From PVC group bacterium (lineage in GTDB: Bacteria > Auribacterota > Erginobacteria > Erginobacterales > Erginobacteraceae), in assembly GCA_043804695.1 (NCBI GenBank), contig JAZDIV010000019.1:1-40301 (forward strand): a stretch of 40,301 bases of DNA, read 5' to 3'. This document shows, piece by piece, positions 35,986 through 40,301 of the stretch. Position 1 is the stretch's first letter. Each line of letters opens with the position of its first letter. A program made the translations under genes and the position numbers. The notes below the pieces were generated by a model. The model saw only the letters and a list, made by a program, of their open reading frames with translations. It had not been told where the DNA came from and made no database searches.

Positions 35986-36867
35986 TCACTCCCCCCAAAT
36001 CTGGTAGTACATATACCACTGGGTGAGATTCCGCGCAATACACTCCTCCATCTCCCTGACCAGCCCCCGGATAATCTCCTCTTCCTGCGCCTCCCGGCAG
36101 GCGGACCGGTCGATCTCCAGGGGGGGACGGAAGACGGCCCGATAACGGTGGGTGGACTGCCGGACGAAATAGCCGAAGAAAACGGCGGCCCGGGACCGGA
36201 CCGCCAGCCCGGCCGGACCGCGCGGGATCTGAACCGGCCGGCCGAAGAAGGGGACCGCGATCCCCCGCTCGGTGACATCCCGGTCGCCGAGAAGCAGGAC
36301 CAGCTCGTTCTTTTTCAGGGCGCGCAGGCTCTTCAACACCGCCTGGCCGACCGGGATCACGCTCATCCCGGAGAGCGCCCGCTGGTTGACGAAAAGACGG
36401 TTGAGCCGGGTGTTCTGATGAGAGAGCGCGATCGCGTTGACCGGGAATCCGGAAAGAGCCAGCATCATCCCGCCCAGTTCCCAGTTCCCGACGTGGGCCG
36501 TCACCCCCAGCGCCCCCCTGCCCCCGGCCAGGGCCGTCTCAATGTTCTCGACCCCGATGACCTCGACCAGCTTTTTAATCTCCCCGCCCGTGAATCGGGA
36601 AAAGCGGAAAAAATCCACCAGGTAATAGGAAAAGTTGCGGAAATTCTTCCGGCTCAGGATCCGGATCCTCCTCCGGGCGGCCCGGCCCGCCGTCTCCTCG
36701 CCCCGGTAGTTGAGCACGTGGATCAGATTGGCCTGAAAGTTCCGCTTGCTCCGCCGGGAGAACAGAAAGGTCGCTTCGGCCAGAAACGCCCCCACCGCGT
36801 AGGCCAGGCGGGGAGGGATCATCCGGACCACAAACCGCAACAGCTCAAAGAGACAATACCGGACCAT
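35986..36867 (-). CDS. Lysophospholipid/lipid A-type acyltransferase (HtrB/PatA family)
   Basis: TAHVGNWE catalytic motif, LLGDRD, VPFFGR, QWY. Confidence 0.9.
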   Translation of the reverse strand: MVRYCLFELLRFVVRMIPPRLAYAVGAFLAEATFLFSRRSKRNFQANLIHVLNYRGEETAGRAARRRIRILSRKNFRNFSYYLVDFFRFSRFTGGEIKKLVEVIGVENIETALAGGRGALGVTAHVGNWELGGMMLALSGFPVNAIALSHQNTRLNRLFVNQRALSGMSVIPVGQAVLKSLRALKKNELVLLLGDRDVTERGIAVPFFGRPVQIPRGPAGLAVRSRAAVFFGYFVRQSTHRYRAVFRPPLEIDRSACREAQEEEIIRGLVREMEECIARNLTQWYMYYQIWGE

Positions 36868-36901
36868 CTGACATCAGCTCCCGTCGGTTTGGCGTGGTCG
36901 G

Positions 36902-36946
36902 CCCGGATTATTCAGGAAAATTTCTCATTTTCATGAATAATCCGGG
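36902..36946. mobile_element. 45-bp MITE with IS1380-type ends, overlapping the glycosyltransferase stop codon
   Basis: CCCGGATTATTCAGGAAAAT-ttctc-ATTTTCATGAATAATCCGGG. Confidence 0.8.
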
Positions 36947-38078
36947 CTACCGGTTGCTTCGGGATCGAATCAATAATATACCGGGCGGCGGCCCGGGCGG
37001 CATCCGGTTTCCTGACCCCCGCCATCGCTGCCAGCATCCGGCGCCGGAGATCGCCGTCCCGAAGCAGCCGTGAGACCGCCCGCTCCGCTTCAGCCGCGTT
37101 CGGCACGTGGATCGCCGCCCCCCGCTCCCGGAGAAAGCGGGCGTTGAAATCTTCCTGGCCGGGCAGGGGATCGATCAAGACCAGCGGGAGCCGCCTGACC
37201 AGGGCTTCCGCGGTGGTGAGCCCGCCGGGCTTGGTCACGATCACATCGACCGCCGCCATCAGCTCATCAACCCGGTCGATGAAGCCGAAGACCGTGAGCG
37301 GATGGCGCAGGCGATCCCGCAGCCTCTGCAGCCGGGCGTGCTGCCTCAGGTTCCTTCCGGCCAGGGCGGCGGTCTGAAATGTCTCCCCGCTTCGATCCAG
37401 AGCCCGGACCAGCCGCTCCAGGGAGACGGACCCCTCCCCTCCTCCCATCAGCAACACCGCCGGCAGCCCAGGGGAGAGCCCGTGCTTCCGCTTCATCGCC
37501 GCCGGGTCAAGCTTCCGGTTGAATCCCGGGTGAACGGGGATGCCACTGACCCGGATCAGGCCGGGCAAGACTCCCCGCCCGGCCAGCTGGACCGCGCTCT
37601 CCCGGGAAGGGAGTAGATAGAGATCGACTTCATCATATATCCAGTAGGCATGAACCCGGAAATCCGTCGGAACCGCGATCAGGGAGAACGGCATCCGCGA
37701 AAGAGACTTGCACCGGGCGGCCAGTGCGCAGGGGAGAGCCTGCGTGCAGACCACGGCGGCCGGGGTCAGTTCCTTCAATAGAAGACAGACCCGCTTCCGG
37801 GGGAACCGGAGAAGAAGATCCAGAGGCCGGGCGAGCCGCTCTTTTACCTTCTGGTTATCATAGAGATGCGCCCAGAGGCCGGGCAAGACCAGAACCAGGG
37901 CCCGGTATAAACCGGCGATCAGCCGGCCCCAGACAGGACTCCAGAGGTCCATCAGATCAAGACAGACAACCCGGAGGGAGGTTTTTTTCTCCTCGAGAGC
38001 ATCTCGAATCGCGAGGGCCGCCCGGCGGTGCCCCTGCCCGACCGTGACATAAAGGATTAAAATCGTGTTGGAACCCAT
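36912..38078 (-). CDS. MGDG synthase / UgtP-like GT28 glycosyltransferase
   Basis: GQGHRRAA, PTDF..H..W, SGIPV, TKPGGLTTAEAL, PLPGQEDFNA. Confidence 0.9.
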   Translation of the reverse strand: MGSNTILILYVTVGQGHRRAALAIRDALEEKKTSLRVVCLDLMDLWSPVWGRLIAGLYRALVLVLPGLWAHLYDNQKVKERLARPLDLLLRFPRKRVCLLLKELTPAAVVCTQALPCALAARCKSLSRMPFSLIAVPTDFRVHAYWIYDEVDLYLLPSRESAVQLAGRGVLPGLIRVSGIPVHPGFNRKLDPAAMKRKHGLSPGLPAVLLMGGGEGSVSLERLVRALDRSGETFQTAALAGRNLRQHARLQRLRDRLRHPLTVFGFIDRVDELMAAVDVIVTKPGGLTTAEALVRRLPLVLIDPLPGQEDFNARFLRERGAAIHVPNAAEAERAVSRLLRDGDLRRRMLAAMAGVRKPDAARAAARYIIDSIPKQPVARIIHENEKFS

Positions 38079-38112
38079 TTCCGGGGGTAAAATGTGCCTG
38101 TTGCGGGATTTT

Positions 38113-38482
38113 GCGCCGGAGGCGCATCCCGATTGTTATCGGGACAATAAATGTGCTGTGGGAGGGGTTTTCAACCCCGATTTAGTGTGCGGGGAATCGG
38201 GCTTAAAAAGCCCTCCCACAGAAGTTAGCGCGAAGCGCTAAGTTCTTGCTTCGGAATTTTCAGCCAGAGGCTGATGCGCCTCGGGCGCACAATAATTGTC
38301 AAAATGCTAAACAATATTGCGCTCCCACTCCGGCCCCGCCCCCTGTGCATTTTGCCGGGGTGGCGACGAGTAGTTTTAACTTTAGGCACTTTAGGCACTT
38401 CTCCGCCGGAGGCGGATCAGCCTCTGGCTGAAAACTTTAGGCACTTCAGGCACTTCAGAACGTTGCCCGAGCGGAGCGAGGG
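38113..38482. repeat. Cluster of REP-like palindromes and 9-mer repeats
   Basis: CTGTGGGAGGG...CCCTCCCACAG (38156-38221); 19-bp inverted pair 38257-38275 / 38416-38434; ACTTTAGGC tandem units. Confidence 0.7.
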
Positions 38483-39685
38483 CTACGTTCCCCTGTATCC
38501 GGCCAGAAAACAGGCGATTTTCCGGTAGGCCTTTTCCAGCACGGCTTCCGGGGCCAGGTATACCACCCGGAAGTGCCTGGTGCCCGGCTTCTGCCCGAAA
38601 CCGGCGCCGGGGACGACGACCACACCGGTCGCCCTGATCAGCTCCCGCACGAACTGTTCGTCGGTGCCGGTGATGTGGAGGCGGGGGAAGGCGTAAAAAG
38701 CGCCCTCGGGCCTGACACAGCTGATCCCGGGGATCGCGTTCAGCATTTCAACGGTGATATCCCGGCGGCGGGTCAGTTTTTCCCGGGCCTCGACCAGGTG
38801 CGCCCCCTCGCCTTCCAGAGCGGGCTTGATCGCCCACTGCACCGGGTGGCTGGCGGAAAGCCGCGCCCGCAACAGCTTGTTGACCGCTTCCAGATAGTCC
38901 GCGAGCTCTTCCTCCAGACCGCTGACGATCCCCCAGCCGATCCGGAAACCGGGGGCAAGGTAGTTTTTGGAGAGCCCGTTGAACGTGATGACCGCCGCCT
39001 CGGGGTCGAGCGAGGCGGTCGTGATATGCTTCTTCCCGTCCAGGGTCAGGCTGTCGTAGATCTCGTCGGAGAAAATGACCAGGTTATGTTCCCGGGCCAG
39101 GGCGATGATCCCCTTCAAGACTTCTTCCCGGTAGATGGACCCGGTGGGATTGTTGGGGTTGATGATGACGATCGCCCGGGTCCGCCCGTCGATCTTGGCC
39201 GCGATATCCCCGAGATCGGGCTGCCAGTTGTTCTCCTCGTCGAGATAGTACGGTCTCGGCTCGGCGGTCAGCTTATGGATGATCGCGCTGTAAAGCGGAT
39301 AGCCGGGCGCAGGGACCAGGGCGTTGTCCCCCTGGTTCAGGAGCGCGGTCAGGCAGATGTCGATCGCCTCCGAAGCCCCGGTGGTGATGAAAACGTCCTG
39401 GATCCGCTTGATCCCCCGGCGGCGGGCGGCCTCCCGGATCGCCTCCCGGGCTTCTTCAATCCCCGAGGAGGGCGCGTACCCGTTGTAGTTGTTCCGCATC
39501 GCCCGGCAAACGGCCTCGATGATCTCGGGAGACGTGCGGAAGTCGAACTGATTGGGATCGCCGATGTTCAGATAGAGCATCTCCCTGCCCTGACGGGCGG
39601 CTTCTTCCGCCAGGAGAACGATGTCGCGGACCGCGTAGGTTATCTTTTCCGTCCGGCGGGCGGGGATGATTTTCTGCCTCTTCAT
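38483..39685 (-). CDS. Class I/II PLP-dependent aminotransferase (AlaA/AlaT-like)
   Basis: LNIGDP, INPNNPTG, SDEIY, NGLSKNY..PGFRIGW (PLP lysine), GAFYAFP. Confidence 0.92.
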   Translation of the reverse strand: MKRQKIIPARRTEKITYAVRDIVLLAEEAARQGREMLYLNIGDPNQFDFRTSPEIIEAVCRAMRNNYNGYAPSSGIEEAREAIREAARRRGIKRIQDVFITTGASEAIDICLTALLNQGDNALVPAPGYPLYSAIIHKLTAEPRPYYLDEENNWQPDLGDIAAKIDGRTRAIVIINPNNPTGSIYREEVLKGIIALAREHNLVIFSDEIYDSLTLDGKKHITTASLDPEAAVITFNGLSKNYLAPGFRIGWGIVSGLEEELADYLEAVNKLLRARLSASHPVQWAIKPALEGEGAHLVEAREKLTRRRDITVEMLNAIPGISCVRPEGAFYAFPRLHITGTDEQFVRELIRATGVVVVPGAGFGQKPGTRHFRVVYLAPEAVLEKAYRKIACFLAGYRGT

Positions 39686-39770
39686 TGAAATTTCTACCCT
39701 GTAAAAATTTCCATTTTTATTTTTTCGGGAATTGGGGAATTGGGGTCATGGGGAATTGGGGTCTGTGGGG

Positions 39771-40301
39771 TCAAATCTTTCCTCTTGACAATTGGATCAA
39801 CTGATCGTTTAGTTTCTCGAATTTTCTTCTCGCTTCCGGATTCTCCCTCATCCGCTTCTGGAATCTCTTCCGGGCCTGGCTGACCGCGCTATAATCGATT
39901 CCCCCCACCAATCTTCCAATCTCCGGTTGCGCGATCGAACAAAGCCGATACAACAATTCCACAGCATTGCCCGTTCGACCGATCTCTTCCACCTCCGGCA
40001 GATCTCCTCACGAGATATTCCGCTTAACCGCGTAAAATGTTCAACCAACTCCTCGGGCTTGCATGCTTTTTGCAACTCTTTGATCGCCGGCTGTTCTCTC
40101 CTCGTCCCCGCCTTCCTGATAAATCTCTCCTTCACCCGCTCAATGAACTTCTCATCTCCAACAATCCCATGCCCCTTTCCCACTGCTAACGGACTCTCCT
40201 CCTCCCTGCCAATCTCCCGGATAACAAATCCGCGGTATGCCTCCCTCCCCTTGCGATTATCTCCCCCCATGTAATCCAGAATTATTCGATAATCAATAAA
40301 C
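39771..40301 (-). pseudogene. 3' part of a RAYT-like (Y1/HUH) transposase with DnaA_C-like HTH tail, frameshifted
   Basis: Two overlapping frames join as ...AYRGFV...IVGDEKFIE...ERAML / ELLYRLC...EIGRLVGGIDYSAVSQARKRF; TGACCCC at the stop and GGGGTC repeats beyond it; catalytic HUH region is outside the window. Confidence 0.65.

Noticed and set aside
35836..39688. + strand ORFs 35836-36936 and 38573-39688
   Set aside because: Antisense to the acyltransferase and aminotransferase genes; no family motifs.

Overview
GC-rich bacterial chromosome segment. Left (649-7954, minus strand): PAS protein, hybrid sensor kinase and a large GH13 protein. tRNA-Val and tRNA-Asp (8150-8412) follow. Right (32280-40301, minus strand): tRNA-Pro, DedA, Pcm, glycolipid-synthesis genes, an aminotransferase and a frameshifted RAYT-like transposase. 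The main finding lies between tRNA-Asp and tRNA-Pro: a ~23.5 kb array of nine co-oriented gene cassettes. Each cassette ends in a conserved 87-bp (or 93-bp) double-hairpin repeat whose last ~15 nt copy or mimic the 3' end of tRNA-Asp, usually followed by a terminator. Cargo comprises six toxin-antitoxin/Abi modules, three large secreted proteins sharing one C-terminal FG-GAP-like module (beta-propeller-like, GH38, GH9) and an agmatine-deiminase-like lipoprotein. ISL3 and IS1380 have inserted secondarily. No integrase is encoded in the window. The layout suggests an integron-like cassette system anchored on a tRNA 3' end and mobilised in trans. The repeat is seen directly in the sequence; the mechanism is inference.
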